Assembly (NCBI GenBank): GCA_964424415.1
Contig: CAYRIT010000004.1
Coordinates: forward strand, 3,868 to 67,867
Source of the DNA: an uncultured Hydrogenophaga sp.
GTDB lineage: Bacteria > Pseudomonadota > Gammaproteobacteria > Burkholderiales > Burkholderiaceae_C
DNA: 64,000 nt
Reading direction: 5' to 3'
Positions 36,291 through 46,382 of the stretch are shown here, piece after piece; position 1 is the first letter of the stretch; every line of letters starts with the position of its first letter. The translations under genes were made by a program, and so were the position numbers. The notes below the pieces were generated by a model that was not told the DNA's origin, searched no databases, and was given only the letters and a program-made list of their open reading frames with translations.

Positions 36291-36961
36291 GGCTTGCCCC
36301 CCTTTTTCGCTTTCTGCTGCATAGCCACTTCCTCCAGATCCAGATAGCGGAAGGTCTTGGCCGTACCGTCCATGGTCAGGATTCCGTCTCGGCTGGCGAC
36401 CGGCACCAGCGAGAGGTTGTTGAGCGTCACGATGCGCGAGAGGTCGGCAATGTCCGCAGCAAACAGCCCCATGTCGTGGTAGCTGCCGGTGACCTTGATG
36501 GCAATCGGCAGCTCGGCGTAGTACTCCTTGACCGTGACCTGCCCCGGGCGAAACAACTCGAACTGCAGGCTGCGGCCGAGGCCGGCCTGGTTGATGTCAG
36601 ACAACAAGGCATCCATCTCGGCCTTGCTAGGCAGTTGCTTCTCCAGCTGGGCCACATACTGTTTGACCTGCTCCAGCTGTTTCTTGAGCGCATCCAGGTT
36701 CACCGCCTGTACCAATTTTTTGCGGTAGTCGTCGCGAAGCTGAACCTCCTTGGCTTTCTCGGCAATCAACTCTTCATCGGAATTTTTCAGCCAGGCAAAC
36801 CACAGACCGGCAATCACCGCGACACACACGGCGATGTAGAGCAAATTGCGCGGCAACGCGGGCCACTGGGAGGGATCATTGGGATCCAGGCCAGAGAACT
36901 GGCTTTGAAGCTTGGACTGGATTTGTTTGAAATCCAGATTGACTGCGGGCATGGTGGCCAT
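36287..36961 (-). CDS. pilO: Type IV pilus alignment protein PilO
   Basis: Single TM (LLYIAVCVAVIAGLWFAWL), a coiled coil, then the PilO core (PIAIKVTGSYHDMGLFAADIADLSRIVTL). Confidence 0.92.
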   Translation of the reverse strand: MATMPAVNLDFKQIQSKLQSQFSGLDPNDPSQWPALPRNLLYIAVCVAVIAGLWFAWLKNSDEELIAEKAKEVQLRDDYRKKLVQAVNLDALKKQLEQVKQYVAQLEKQLPSKAEMDALLSDINQAGLGRSLQFELFRPGQVTVKEYYAELPIAIKVTGSYHDMGLFAADIADLSRIVTLNNLSLVPVASRDGILTMDGTAKTFRYLDLEEVAMQQKAKKGGKP

Positions 36962-36979
36962 GGTGATTCGGTCCCTTGC

Positions 36980-37594
36980 TCAGACTTTGCCGGGCGGCGC
37001 CGGTACGGGGACAGGCACTGCAGCCGCCGCTGGCGCGGGGCGGGTCAGGGTCGCTCGGATAGTGAAGTTGGCCACCCGGCGTTGCCCTCGGTTCGATGCC
37101 GGGACCGTGGCCGCCACGATTTCAACGAGTTCGGGTTTTGTCAGCCACGGGCTGTTGTTGGCGAGATTGCGCAACAGCTCGGACACGCGCTCTTGTGACT
37201 GCGCAGTCCCCTGAAGCAACACACCCTGATTTTCCTGTTTCACGCTGCGCAGGTAGATGCCATCGGGCAACTGCTTGACCAGCTCATCAAGCATGTGCAC
37301 CGGCAGGTTGCGGTTCGCCTGGAGGTCTTCCACCGCAGTCTGGCGCGCGCGCAAGGACGCAATTTCCCGCTGCAGGGAAGCGATGTCCTTGATCTCCGCT
37401 TCGAGCTTGGTGATTTCTGCCTTCAGAAAATTGTTGCGACCTTGCTGGCTTGAAATCTGACCCTGGTACCAGGTGAAGATCGCGCCGCAGATGATGCCGC
37501 CGAGCAAGGCTGAGAGCCCGAGCTGGCTGAAAAATTGCTCTTTCTGCTTCTTGCGCGCTGCCTCTCGGTGCGGCAGCAGGTTGATGAGAATCAT
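36980..37594 (-). CDS. pilN: Type IV pilus alignment protein PilN
   Basis: MILINLLPHREAARKKQKE is the canonical PilN N-terminus. ATG overlaps the pilM stop (ATGA). Confidence 0.93.
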   Translation of the reverse strand: MILINLLPHREAARKKQKEQFFSQLGLSALLGGIICGAIFTWYQGQISSQQGRNNFLKAEITKLEAEIKDIASLQREIASLRARQTAVEDLQANRNLPVHMLDELVKQLPDGIYLRSVKQENQGVLLQGTAQSQERVSELLRNLANNSPWLTKPELVEIVAATVPASNRGQRRVANFTIRATLTRPAPAAAAVPVPVPAPPGKV

Positions 37595-38670
37595 TGGTGG
37601 AACCTCCGAAGCGCCAGACCGGTCGACGTGAGGTAAGACGGCGCTTCGCGAGCGATCTTGCGAGCCTGAACCGTTGGGCCCATTTCCATGCCATCAAATG
37701 GGTTGATCACCATGCAGGCAAAAGATGTCTGCTGAGTGACCGCATCGGTCAACCCGGGCAGAGCAGCACTGCCTCCCGCGAGCAGGATGTGATCGACTTT
37801 GTTGTGGGGCGTGCTGGTGAAGAAGAACTGGAGGGCACGCCCGACTTCCTGGGCCATGGACTCGATGAACGGACCCAGCACCGCGGTCTTGTAATCGTCG
37901 GGCAGATCCCCCGAACGCTTCTTGGCCTCGGCCTCATCGGCCGAAAAACCGTACTGGCGCACGATGAGCTGGGTGAGTTGGGCGCCGCCAAACGCCTGAT
38001 CGCGCTCATAAAGAACATCGTCATTGCGCATCACCTGCAAGCTGGTGGTGACAGCACCCACCTCGAACAGCGCCACCAGGGAATCCAGACCCTGGTTGGG
38101 CAATGTCTCGATCACCCGACCGGCGGCCATGCGGGACGCGTAAGACTCCACATCGATCACGACCGACTTCAAGCCCGCCGCCTCAGCCAACCCTTGGCGA
38201 TCCGACACTTTTTCCTTGCGCGAAGCCGCGATCAACACCTCCACATCACCGACCGAGTTGGCACTCGGCCCGATCACACAGAAGTCCAGACTCACTTCAT
38301 CCAAGGAAAATGGGATGTACTGGTTGGCTTCCGATTCCACCTGGGCTTCGAGCTCTTTGTCGGAGAGCCCACCGGGCAACACGATCTTCTTTGTGATCAC
38401 GGCCGATGTGGGCAGCGCCATGGCCACGTTCTTGGTCTTGCTACCACTTTTGCGCACCACGCGGCGCACCGCCTCGGCCACCTCATCGAACTTCTCGATG
38501 TTGCCGTCGGTGATCCAGCCACGCTCCAGTGGCTCGATCGCGCAGCGCTCGAGGACGAGTTCGCCGGTGCGGTTGCGGCTCAACTCCACCAGCTTGACAC
38601 TGGAAGAGCTGACATCAATGCCCAGCAATGGCGCCGTTTCTCGGCTGAATAAGGACCCCAATGAGATCAA
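37591..38670 (-). CDS. pilM: Type IV pilus assembly ATPase-like (actin-fold) protein PilM
   Basis: LLGIDVSSSSVKLVELSR...ANQYIPFSLDEVSLDF... The start codon is apparently TTG at 38670, and its exact position is uncertain. Confidence 0.92.
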   Translation of the reverse strand: MISLGSLFSRETAPLLGIDVSSSSVKLVELSRNRTGELVLERCAIEPLERGWITDGNIEKFDEVAEAVRRVVRKSGSKTKNVAMALPTSAVITKKIVLPGGLSDKELEAQVESEANQYIPFSLDEVSLDFCVIGPSANSVGDVEVLIAASRKEKVSDRQGLAEAAGLKSVVIDVESYASRMAAGRVIETLPNQGLDSLVALFEVGAVTTSLQVMRNDDVLYERDQAFGGAQLTQLIVRQYGFSADEAEAKKRSGDLPDDYKTAVLGPFIESMAQEVGRALQFFFTSTPHNKVDHILLAGGSAALPGLTDAVTQQTSFACMVINPFDGMEMGPTVQARKIAREAPSYLTSTGLALRRFHQ

Positions 38671-38763
38671 GGCAAGCCCCAGAAAATGGTGACGCCGACA
38701 GGCGCCAAACTTAAGAAATCACTTCAATGCTAGCAGCAAGGTCTTTGAGCGGTAAAGATATTT

Positions 38764-38798
38764 TGCTTTTGAGACAAGTCGAAACGTTGTCAAAAGCA
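38764..38798. promoter_or_regulatory. Imperfect palindrome in the divergent pilM / mrcA promoter region (candidate operator or hairpin)
   Basis: TGCTTTTGAGACAA (38764-38777), a 9-nt spacer, then TTGTCAAAAGCA (38787-38798). The arms are complementary apart from a 2-nt GA bulge. It sits in a comparatively AT-rich 271-bp intergenic region. Confidence 0.3.
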
Positions 38799-38941
38799 TA
38801 CGCAGTTAGGGCGACTCTCTCGGCTCAAATCACAGCGCGTCGGTACCGAATTCACAAGCACTGACAATATCGGGGTCGCCATGGACATTTGCGCAACAGA
38901 CCCGCTTTTTATAATTCGCCTTCCCCTCCACGATCGCACGC

Positions 38942-41371
38942 ATGTCCAAGAACGACGCCCGACCAACCACCCAATCCAAGCCCGCAGTATCTTCGGGGCG
39001 CTCGGCAATCCAGTGGATTGGTCGCCTTGCGGTCGGCTTGGCCGGACTGGCGGCAGCTGGTGTGATCGGCATCCTGATTGCCGTCGGCATCGCGCTGGCG
39101 GTCGCCTACCCCAATCTTCCCGAAGTCGCCGCCCTGGCCGATTACCGCCCCAAGCTGCCGCTGCGCGTGCTCACCGCAGACGGCAAGCTCATGGGCGAGT
39201 TCGGCGAGGAGCGTCGCAACCTGCTCACCTTCCAGGAAATTCCCCAGGTGATGAAGAACGCGGTGCTCGCGATTGAGGACGCCAGATTTTTCGAGCACAG
39301 CGGGGTGGATTACCGGGGCATGCTGCGCGCGGCGCTGGCCAACCTGGGACGGGCCAAGAGCCAGGGGGCGTCCACGATAACCATGCAGGTCGCGCGCAAC
39401 GTCTACCTGTCGGCGGAGAAAAGCTACACACGCAAGATTTATGAGGTGCTGCTCACGTTCAAGCTCGAGCACCTGCTGACCAAGGAGCAGATCCTCGAGA
39501 TCTACATGAATCAGATCTTCTTGGGGCAGCGGGCCTACGGCTTCTCCACCGCGTCACAAACCTACTTCGGCAAGCCGCTCAAAGATGTGACGATCGCCGA
39601 AGCAGCGATGCTGGCGGGTTTGCCCAAGGCTCCGTCGGCCTACAACCCGATCAGCAACCCGGCTCGGGCGCGTATCCGCCAGCTCCACATCATTGACCGC
39701 ATGGTGGGGAACGGATTCATCACCGCCGCTCAGGCCGAACAAGCACGTGCCGAAAAGCTGGTGCTGCGCCAGCCGGGGCAACAGGTCCGGGTGCACGCCG
39801 AGTTCGCCGCCGAAATGGTGCGCCTGGCCATGGTGGCGCAGTATGGCGACGAGGCTTACACCCGCGGGCTGGTGGTAACGACCAGCGTGCGCGCCAGCGA
39901 CCAGGATGCGGCGTACCGCGCGGTCCGCGACGGCGTGCTCAATTTCGAGCGCCGACAGTTCTACCGCGGTCCCGAGCTGTTCATCACCCTGCCGGCCGAC
40001 CCGGCCGCGCGCGACGAGGCGGTGGACGACGCACTCAACGAGCGGCCCGACAACGACGATCTGATGTCGGCGGTGGTGCTGGAAGCCAGCGCGCGCCAGG
40101 TGGTGGCGGTGCGCCAGGATGGCGTGCCGTTCGAGATCACGGGGGAGGGCCTGCGCGCCGTGGCGTCGGGACTGTCCGACAAGGCGGGGCCGAACGTCAA
40201 GATCCGCCCTGGCGCCGTCATCCGCGTGGTGCGCCACGGCGAGAAGGACTGGCGCATCACACAGCTGCCCGAGGTGGAGTCGGCATTTGTTGCGATGGAT
40301 CCACGCAGTGGCGCAATTCGCGCCCTGGTCGGGGGGTTCGATTTCCACAAGAACAAGTTCAACCACGTCACCCAGGCCTGGCGCCAGCCCGGCTCCAGCT
40401 TCAAACCTTTCATCTACTCGGCGGCACTGGAAAAAGGCCTGTCTCCGATGACGGTGGTCAATGATGCGCCGCTGTTCTACAGCGCGGGTCAAACTGGCGG
40501 CAAGCCCTGGGAGCCCAAGAACTACGACGGCAAGTTCGATGGCCCGATGTCGGTGCGCCGGGCGCTGGCGAAATCCAAGAACATGGTCTCGATCCGGGTG
40601 CTGCAGCTGGTCGGCACACAAAGCGCACAGGAGTGGGTTTCGCGCTTTGGCTTCGATGCCGAGCGCCACCCGCCCTACCTCACCATGGCGTTGGGTGCGG
40701 GCTCGGTCACGCCGATGCAGATGGCCGCCGGCTACGCGGTGTTTGCCAACGGCGGTTACCGCATCCATCCGTCGATGATCACCCAGGTGACCGATCACAA
40801 AGGCCGGGTGCTGTTCGCCGCACTGCCCCACGAGCCGACCGAAGAACAGCGCGTGATCGAGCCACGCAATGCTTTCATCATGAACAGCCTGCTGCAGGAA
40901 ATCACCCGCACGGGCACCGCAGCGCGCGCACAGGCCACACTCAAGCGCACCGATCTGTTCGGCAAGACGGGCACCACCAACGATTCGGTCGACGCCTGGT
41001 TTGTCGGTTACCAGCCCACACTCGTGGCGGCGGCCTGGGTGGGTTACGACACACCACGCAACCTTGGCAGCCGCGAAACCGGCGGCGGTCTAAGCCTGCC
41101 GATCTGGATCGAGTTCATGAAGGAGGCACTCAAGAACGTGCCGGTGGCTCAATACGAGCCCCCCTCGGGCGTCATCAACGTGGGTGGTGACTGGTACTAC
41201 GAAGAGTACGGTCCCGGCAACGGGGTGCGCTCCCTGGGCCTGAGCGACCCATGGCCCGGCATGTCCGAGTCGGCGCAGCCGCCGGGCAGCAGTGACGACG
41301 CGGCTCCTCCACCCTCGGTGCCGCCTCCGCCGGACGATCGTCGCAGCATTCTTGACCTGTTCAGAAACTGA
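38942..41371 (+). CDS. mrcA: Penicillin-binding protein 1A (bifunctional transglycosylase/transpeptidase)
   Basis: GT51 motifs ([26 protein letters not shown]) and transpeptidase motifs (GSSFKPF, KTGTTND). Confidence 0.96.
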   Translation: MSKNDARPTTQSKPAVSSGRSAIQWIGRLAVGLAGLAAAGVIGILIAVGIALAVAYPNLPEVAALADYRPKLPLRVLTADGKLMGEFGEERRNLLTFQEIPQVMKNAVLAIEDARFFEHSGVDYRGMLRAALANLGRAKSQGASTITMQVARNVYLSAEKSYTRKIYEVLLTFKLEHLLTKEQILEIYMNQIFLGQRAYGFSTASQTYFGKPLKDVTIAEAAMLAGLPKAPSAYNPISNPARARIRQLHIIDRMVGNGFITAAQAEQARAEKLVLRQPGQQVRVHAEFAAEMVRLAMVAQYGDEAYTRGLVVTTSVRASDQDAAYRAVRDGVLNFERRQFYRGPELFITLPADPAARDEAVDDALNERPDNDDLMSAVVLEASARQVVAVRQDGVPFEITGEGLRAVASGLSDKAGPNVKIRPGAVIRVVRHGEKDWRITQLPEVESAFVAMDPRSGAIRALVGGFDFHKNKFNHVTQAWRQPGSSFKPFIYSAALEKGLSPMTVVNDAPLFYSAGQTGGKPWEPKNYDGKFDGPMSVRRALAKSKNMVSIRVLQLVGTQSAQEWVSRFGFDAERHPPYLTMALGAGSVTPMQMAAGYAVFANGGYRIHPSMITQVTDHKGRVLFAALPHEPTEEQRVIEPRNAFIMNSLLQEITRTGTAARAQATLKRTDLFGKTGTTNDSVDAWFVGYQPTLVAAAWVGYDTPRNLGSRETGGGLSLPIWIEFMKEALKNVPVAQYEPPSGVINVGGDWYYEEYGPGNGVRSLGLSDPWPGMSESAQPPGSSDDAAPPPSVPPPPDDRRSILDLFRN

Positions 41372-41690
41372 AACGCAGCGCCAGCCCCGACTGTTCGCTG
41401 GCGCAAAGGCTCAGTCGTTCGAAGAACTCGCCCTGCCCTTTGGTGTCCTGCCACTGCTGGCCATCGTGGCGGTAGTGAAACCCGCCAGCGCGCGCAGCCA
41501 TCCAGACCTCCTGCAGGGGTTTCTGGAGGTTGATGATGATCTGGCTGCCGTTGGCAAAACTGAGCGTGACCATGCCGCCCACGCGCTGGTTGTCGATGTC
41601 TGCGTCGGTGCTGTCGTTGATGCGGTCGCAGGCCAGCTCCACGGCGCACAACAGGCGCTCCGCGTGGTCCAGGTATTCAAGGTCGGTCAT
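41361..41690 (-). CDS. cyaY: Frataxin-like iron donor CyaY
   Basis: [22 protein letters not shown]...[36 protein letters not shown]. Its 3' end overlaps the mrcA 3' end by 11 nt. Confidence 0.92.
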   Translation of the reverse strand: MTDLEYLDHAERLLCAVELACDRINDSTDADIDNQRVGGMVTLSFANGSQIIINLQKPLQEVWMAARAGGFHYRHDGQQWQDTKGQGEFFERLSLCASEQSGLALRFSF

Positions 41691-41699
41691 TACAATTCG

Positions 41700-41927
41700 A
41701 TGATGAAAAAGAAGCGGGTGTTCGAAATTCTAGGCGCGGCCCCGGATGGGAAGCGCCGCGCCGCGCTCTCCGCCCTGGTGGCGGCCGGGTTGCTGCTCGC
41801 CGGCTGCGGCCAGAAAGGCCCGCTCATGCTGCCGTCGGCGGCACCTGCCAAGCTTAAGACGCCAGCCCCGGACGTTGCTGGTCCGCCCCCTGCGCACTCC
41901 GACAACACCCCCGCCGCTCCCCGCTGA
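41700..41927 (+). CDS. lptM: Small lipoprotein, LptM/YifL-like, upstream of lysA
   Basis: This is the tail of ORF 41292..41927: [45 protein letters not shown]... It has lipobox LLAGC followed by the GQKGPL motif that I associate with the YifL/LptM (LppL) family, and a Pro/Ala-rich tail. The exact start is uncertain. Confidence 0.55.
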   Translation: MMKKKRVFEILGAAPDGKRRAALSALVAAGLLLAGCGQKGPLMLPSAAPAKLKTPAPDVAGPPPAHSDNTPAAPR

Positions 41928-41973
41928 CGCCGCAACGCCCCAGGCCAGACCACACAGGTTGGCCCGATCCAAC

Positions 41974-43254
41974 ATGAACGCCCCTACCCACCCCCCGCTG
42001 CCGGCCCATTTCGCTTACCTGGAAGGCCTTCTGTGTGCCGAAGGGCAGCCGCTGGACGCCCTCGCCCAGATCCACGGCACCCCCCTGTTCGTTTACAGCC
42101 AGGCCGCGATGCTGGACGCCTTGGCCAGCTACCAGCGCGCACTCGCGGGCCGTTCGCATCTGATCTGTTACGCGATGAAGGCAAACTCGACCCTGGCCGT
42201 CCTGCAAACGCTGGTGCGGGCCGGGTGCGGCCTGGACATCGTCTCGGGCGGCGAGCTGGAGCGCGCGCTGGCGGTCGGCGTGGCACCCGAGAACATCATT
42301 TTTTCGGGCGTGGGCAAAACGCGTCACGAAATGCGCCGCGCGCTGGCGGTGGGCATCGGTTGCTTCAACGTGGAGAGCGCGGCCGAGCTCGACGTGCTCA
42401 ACGTGGTGGCACAAGAGGCCGGGCTGAGGGCGCCGGTGAGCATCCGCGTCAACCCCAACGTCGATGCCAGAACCCACCCCTACATCTCCACCGGCCTGAA
42501 AGGCAATAAGTTCGGCATTGCACACGAAGACGTGGTGGCCACCTACCGGCACGCGGCGGCCTGCAGCGGACTGCGCGTGGTCGGCATCGACTGCCACATC
42601 GGCTCGCAAATCACCCAGACCGCACCTTACCTGGACGCGATGGACCGGGTGCTGGACCTGGTACAGGCCATCGAAGCCGCGGGCGTCCCGATCGAGCACA
42701 TCGATTTCGGTGGCGGCCTGGGCATCAACTACAACGGTGACACACCACCCGCAGCCGACGAACTCTGGCGCCAGTTGCTGCACAAACTGGACGCACGGGG
42801 CTTTGGCAACCGCAAACTTCTGCTGGAGCCGGGTCGCTCGCTGGTGGGCAATGCCGGTGTCTGTGTGACCGAAGTGCTTTACCTCAAACCCGGCGAACAG
42901 AAGAACTTCCTGATCGTCGACGCGGCCATGAACGATCTGCCGCGCCCCGCGATGTACGAAGCGTTTCACCGCATCGAGCCGGTGGCGCCGCGCACGACAG
43001 ACGCCCCCCTCTGGGACGTGGTGGGACCGGTGTGTGAGAGTGGCGACTGGCTGGGCCGCGACCGCTCACTGGCGGTGCAGCCCGGCGACCTGCTGGCGGT
43101 GCTGTCGGCAGGCGCCTACTGCATGAGCATGGCCAGCAACTACAACACCCGCGGCCGCGCCGCCGAGGTGCTGGTGGGCGGTGGCCAGGCGACCCTGATC
43201 CGCGAGCGCGAGAGCGTTGGCGATCAGCTGCGGCTGGAGCGCCTGTTGCCCTGA
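41974..43254 (+). CDS. lysA: Diaminopimelate decarboxylase LysA
   Basis: TPLFVYS...ICYAMKANS (PLP lysine)...GGGLGI...CESGD. ATG at 41974 (MNAPTH). Confidence 0.96.
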   Translation: MNAPTHPPLPAHFAYLEGLLCAEGQPLDALAQIHGTPLFVYSQAAMLDALASYQRALAGRSHLICYAMKANSTLAVLQTLVRAGCGLDIVSGGELERALAVGVAPENIIFSGVGKTRHEMRRALAVGIGCFNVESAAELDVLNVVAQEAGLRAPVSIRVNPNVDARTHPYISTGLKGNKFGIAHEDVVATYRHAAACSGLRVVGIDCHIGSQITQTAPYLDAMDRVLDLVQAIEAAGVPIEHIDFGGGLGINYNGDTPPAADELWRQLLHKLDARGFGNRKLLLEPGRSLVGNAGVCVTEVLYLKPGEQKNFLIVDAAMNDLPRPAMYEAFHRIEPVAPRTTDAPLWDVVGPVCESGDWLGRDRSLAVQPGDLLAVLSAGAYCMSMASNYNTRGRAAEVLVGGGQATLIRERESVGDQLRLERLLP

Positions 43255-43916
43255 AACCGGCGCCACACGCGCCAGGCCAGCAGGCCCCCCAGGATCGCAG
43301 CGTAGACCGCGACCTCGGCAAAGTCGTTTTTGCCGCTGCGCATCCAGTAGAAATGCAGCACCGCCAGACCGGCAATGCCATAGACGGTGCGGTGCAACAT
43401 CTGCCAGCGCCTGGCACCCAGCCAGCGGATGGCACGGTTGAACGAGGTGGCCGAGAGCAGCAGCAGCAAACCCCAGGCGAGCATGCCGACCAGGATGAAC
43501 GGCCGCTTGATCACATCGTCCACCACCGCAGCAAAAACCAGCTCCTGATCGAACCACGCATAGGCCAGCAGGTGCAGGCTGGCGTAGAAGAACACAAACA
43601 GGCCCAACAGGCGGCGCCAGCGCGCCAGCACCGCCAGACCCGAAAGCACCCGCAGCGGTGTCACCGCCAGCACGATCACCAGAAACCGCAGGGTCCAGTC
43701 ACCCAGGGAACGGATCAGCGCCTCCGCCGGGTTGGCGCCCAGCTGATCGTGCAGGGCTGCCCAGAACAGCCAGGTTGCCGGCAACAGGCACAGCATGAAC
43801 AGTGTGGGTTTGACCAGCCCATGGCCCAACAGGCGGTTCGCGCTGGCGCGCAGCGGTATCGGTGATGGCGCGCTCGTCCGCGGACCCGGCACGGCGCGGG
43901 ACAACGGCTGGGCCAT
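43224..43916 (-). CDS. msrQ: Methionine-sulfoxide reductase heme-binding membrane subunit MsrQ (YedZ)
   Basis: Ferric-reductase-like TM protein (GDWTLRFLVIVLAVTPL...FFYASLHLLAY...LHRTVYGIAGLAVLHFYW). ATG at 43916, 1 nt after the msrP stop. Its 3' end overlaps the lysA 3' end by 31 nt. Confidence 0.9.
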   Translation of the reverse strand: MAQPLSRAVPGPRTSAPSPIPLRASANRLLGHGLVKPTLFMLCLLPATWLFWAALHDQLGANPAEALIRSLGDWTLRFLVIVLAVTPLRVLSGLAVLARWRRLLGLFVFFYASLHLLAYAWFDQELVFAAVVDDVIKRPFILVGMLAWGLLLLLSATSFNRAIRWLGARRWQMLHRTVYGIAGLAVLHFYWMRSGKNDFAEVAVYAAILGGLLAWRVWRRFQGNRRSSRS

Positions 43917-43917
43917 G

Positions 43918-44922
43918 TCAGAACAGCTTTCGCAGGTCCATGCCGGCATAGAGCTGGCCCACCTGGGGCTCGTAACCGTTGAACAGCAGCGTCTTGCGGC
44001 GCCTGGCGAGCAGGCCGCCCTCTTCCCCGATGCGCCGTTCGGTCGCCTGGCTCCAACGCGGGTGCGGCACATCGGGGTTCACATTGGAATAAAACCCGTA
44101 CTCCTGCGCCGCGGCCTTGTTCCACGCGGTCCGTGGCTCCTTGTCGGTGAAGCGGATCTTCACCAGCGACTTGGCCGACTTGAATCCGTATTTCCAGGGC
44201 ACCACCAGCCGCACCGGGGCGCCATTCTGGTTGGGCAACACCTCGCCATACATACCAAAGGCCAGCAAGGCCAGCGGATGCATGGCCTCGTCCAGCCGCA
44301 ACCCTTCCACATACGGCCAGGCGAGCACGTTGTCGCGCAGACCCGGCATGGACTGGGGGTCGGCCAGGGTCACAAATTCCACGTATTTCGCGCTGCCCAG
44401 CGGCTGCACCTGGTTGATCAGTGCCGACAGGGAGTAGCCCACCCAGGGAATCACCATCGACCAGCCTTCGACGCAGCGCAGGCGGTACACACGTTCCTCC
44501 ATGGCACTGAGCTTGAGCAGGCTGTCAATGTCGAAGCTGCGTGGCTCGCTCACCAGGCCCTCCACCGCCACCGTCCAGGGGCGTGTGCGCAGGGTCTGCG
44601 CCTTGGCCGCCGGATCGGCCTTGTCGGTGCCGAATTCGTAGAAGTTGTTGTAGGTGGTGGCGTGCTCGTAACGCGTCAGCGCCTCCATCGTGCCTGCGCC
44701 CGCCACCGTCGAGCGCGCCCCGCTCAAGGGCGCCAGCTTGCCGGGGCGGGGGGTGCCGGCCTGCGCCAGGGCATCGGGCGCTGCCGAGGCAGCCAGGGTG
44801 ATGCCGCCGGCACCGAGCGCCATCTGCTGCATCCAGGCGCGCCGGCCCAGGTAGACCGACGGCGGCGTGATGTCGTTGGGATGGGGGTGCTGAAAGCCGT
44901 TGCCGGCGGTGCGGATGATCAT
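43918..44922 (-). CDS. msrP: Periplasmic methionine-sulfoxide reductase molybdopterin subunit MsrP (YedY)
   Basis: Tat signal ([15 protein letters not shown]), YNNFYEFG, and a sulfite-oxidase-family core ([17 protein letters not shown]). Confidence 0.93.
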   Translation of the reverse strand: MIIRTAGNGFQHPHPNDITPPSVYLGRRAWMQQMALGAGGITLAASAAPDALAQAGTPRPGKLAPLSGARSTVAGAGTMEALTRYEHATTYNNFYEFGTDKADPAAKAQTLRTRPWTVAVEGLVSEPRSFDIDSLLKLSAMEERVYRLRCVEGWSMVIPWVGYSLSALINQVQPLGSAKYVEFVTLADPQSMPGLRDNVLAWPYVEGLRLDEAMHPLALLAFGMYGEVLPNQNGAPVRLVVPWKYGFKSAKSLVKIRFTDKEPRTAWNKAAAQEYGFYSNVNPDVPHPRWSQATERRIGEEGGLLARRRKTLLFNGYEPQVGQLYAGMDLRKLF

Positions 44923-45020
44923 GCGGCGCTCCTGTGTGTCGATTGGGTCGCTCCAGCCGCGCCGTTCTTACAGTGCTCCGGCCCGCTCGCGTGGCGCGGG
45001 TCAGGCCGGTAACCGCCGCC

Positions 45021-46382
45021 TCACAGTTCGCCGTAGCTGTGCAGGCCCGAGAGGAACATGTTCACACCCAGGAAAGCGAAGGTGGTCACCGCCAGACCCA
45101 CCAGTGCCCACCAGGCCGCCACGGTGCCACGCAAGCCCTTCATCAGCCGCATGTGCAGCCAGGCCGCGTAGTTCAACCAGACGATGAGTGCCCAGGTTTC
45201 TTTCGGGTCCCAGCTCCAGTAGCCACCCCAGGCCTCGGCGGCCCACAGCGCGCCGAGCACGGTGGCGATGGTGAAGAAGGCAAAGCCGACCGCGATTGCC
45301 TTGTACATCACGTCGTCGAGCACCTCCAGGGCGGGCAGGCGTTCGGCGATGCGGCGCCGGCCGAACATGATGGTGCCCACGATCAGCAGCGACACACCGA
45401 AATACACAAACCAGTAGCTGCCGCCTTTTTCTGCCACCGACTGGCGAAACACAAGCGGCTCCACACACAGCACCAGGCCCAGCACCCACAGTGGCGCGAG
45501 TTTGTACCAGCGGGTTTCGGTGGCGCTCTGCTTGATCAGGTAGGCAAAGGCGAGCATGGCCGCGATCGCGAAGGTCCCGTAGCCAATAAAGTTGGCCGGT
45601 ACATGCAGCTTCATCCACCAGCTCTGCAGCGCGGGCACCAAGGGCTGGATCGCGTGGGCTTCACGCACCACCGTGTACCACAGCAGGAAACCCACCGCCG
45701 CACTCACCACAAGCATCACGAAGGCACCCATGGACCGGGTTTTGTACTGGTCTTCGTAGTACAGGTAGAACGTGGTCGTGATCCAGCAGAACAGGACAAA
45801 CACCTCGTAGAGGTTGCTCACCGGGATGTGCCCGATGTCGGGGCCGATCTGGTGGCTCTCGTACCAGCGCACCATGGTGCCCACCAGCGCCAGCGTCACC
45901 GCCACCCAGGCGATCCGCGAGCCCAGCACCTCGAAGGTGTCACCGGCGCGTTTGAACATCCCTACCCAGTAGAACAGTGTGCTCATGAAGAAGAGCATGC
46001 TCATCCACAGAATGGCCGACTGGCTGGAGATGAAGTACTTCAACATGAACACATGGTCGGCGCGCGCCAGATCGGCGCCGCCAGCCGGTGTCTGGTAGAG
46101 CCAGATCGCGAGCAGCGCGAGTGCCGCCACCACCACGCTGAGGGCACGCAGCGGACGCCAGAACCAGCCGATCCAGATCAGACTGGGCGCCGCACCGGCC
46201 AGGATCATCTTTTCGTAGTAGTCCATGGAGGCGCCGTAGCGCACAAACGCCAGGCCCGCGCCGGCGATGACCAGGGCAGCAAATAGCCAGTCCCAGACAT
46301 CGCGCCGGGCGAAATAACCGGGCTGGTGACCGGAGCCGTTGTTCTTGAGCTCGATCGTGTGGGTGGCAGTGGCTGTGTTCAT
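45021..46382 (-). CDS. ccsA: System II cytochrome c biogenesis heme-handling protein CcsA/ResC
   Basis: Trp-rich WWD motif (WAAEAWGGYWSWDPKETW), multi-TM. ATG overlaps the ccsB stop (ATGA). Confidence 0.92.
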   Translation of the reverse strand: MNTATATHTIELKNNGSGHQPGYFARRDVWDWLFAALVIAGAGLAFVRYGASMDYYEKMILAGAAPSLIWIGWFWRPLRALSVVVAALALLAIWLYQTPAGGADLARADHVFMLKYFISSQSAILWMSMLFFMSTLFYWVGMFKRAGDTFEVLGSRIAWVAVTLALVGTMVRWYESHQIGPDIGHIPVSNLYEVFVLFCWITTTFYLYYEDQYKTRSMGAFVMLVVSAAVGFLLWYTVVREAHAIQPLVPALQSWWMKLHVPANFIGYGTFAIAAMLAFAYLIKQSATETRWYKLAPLWVLGLVLCVEPLVFRQSVAEKGGSYWFVYFGVSLLIVGTIMFGRRRIAERLPALEVLDDVMYKAIAVGFAFFTIATVLGALWAAEAWGGYWSWDPKETWALIVWLNYAAWLHMRLMKGLRGTVAAWWALVGLAVTTFAFLGVNMFLSGLHSYGEL

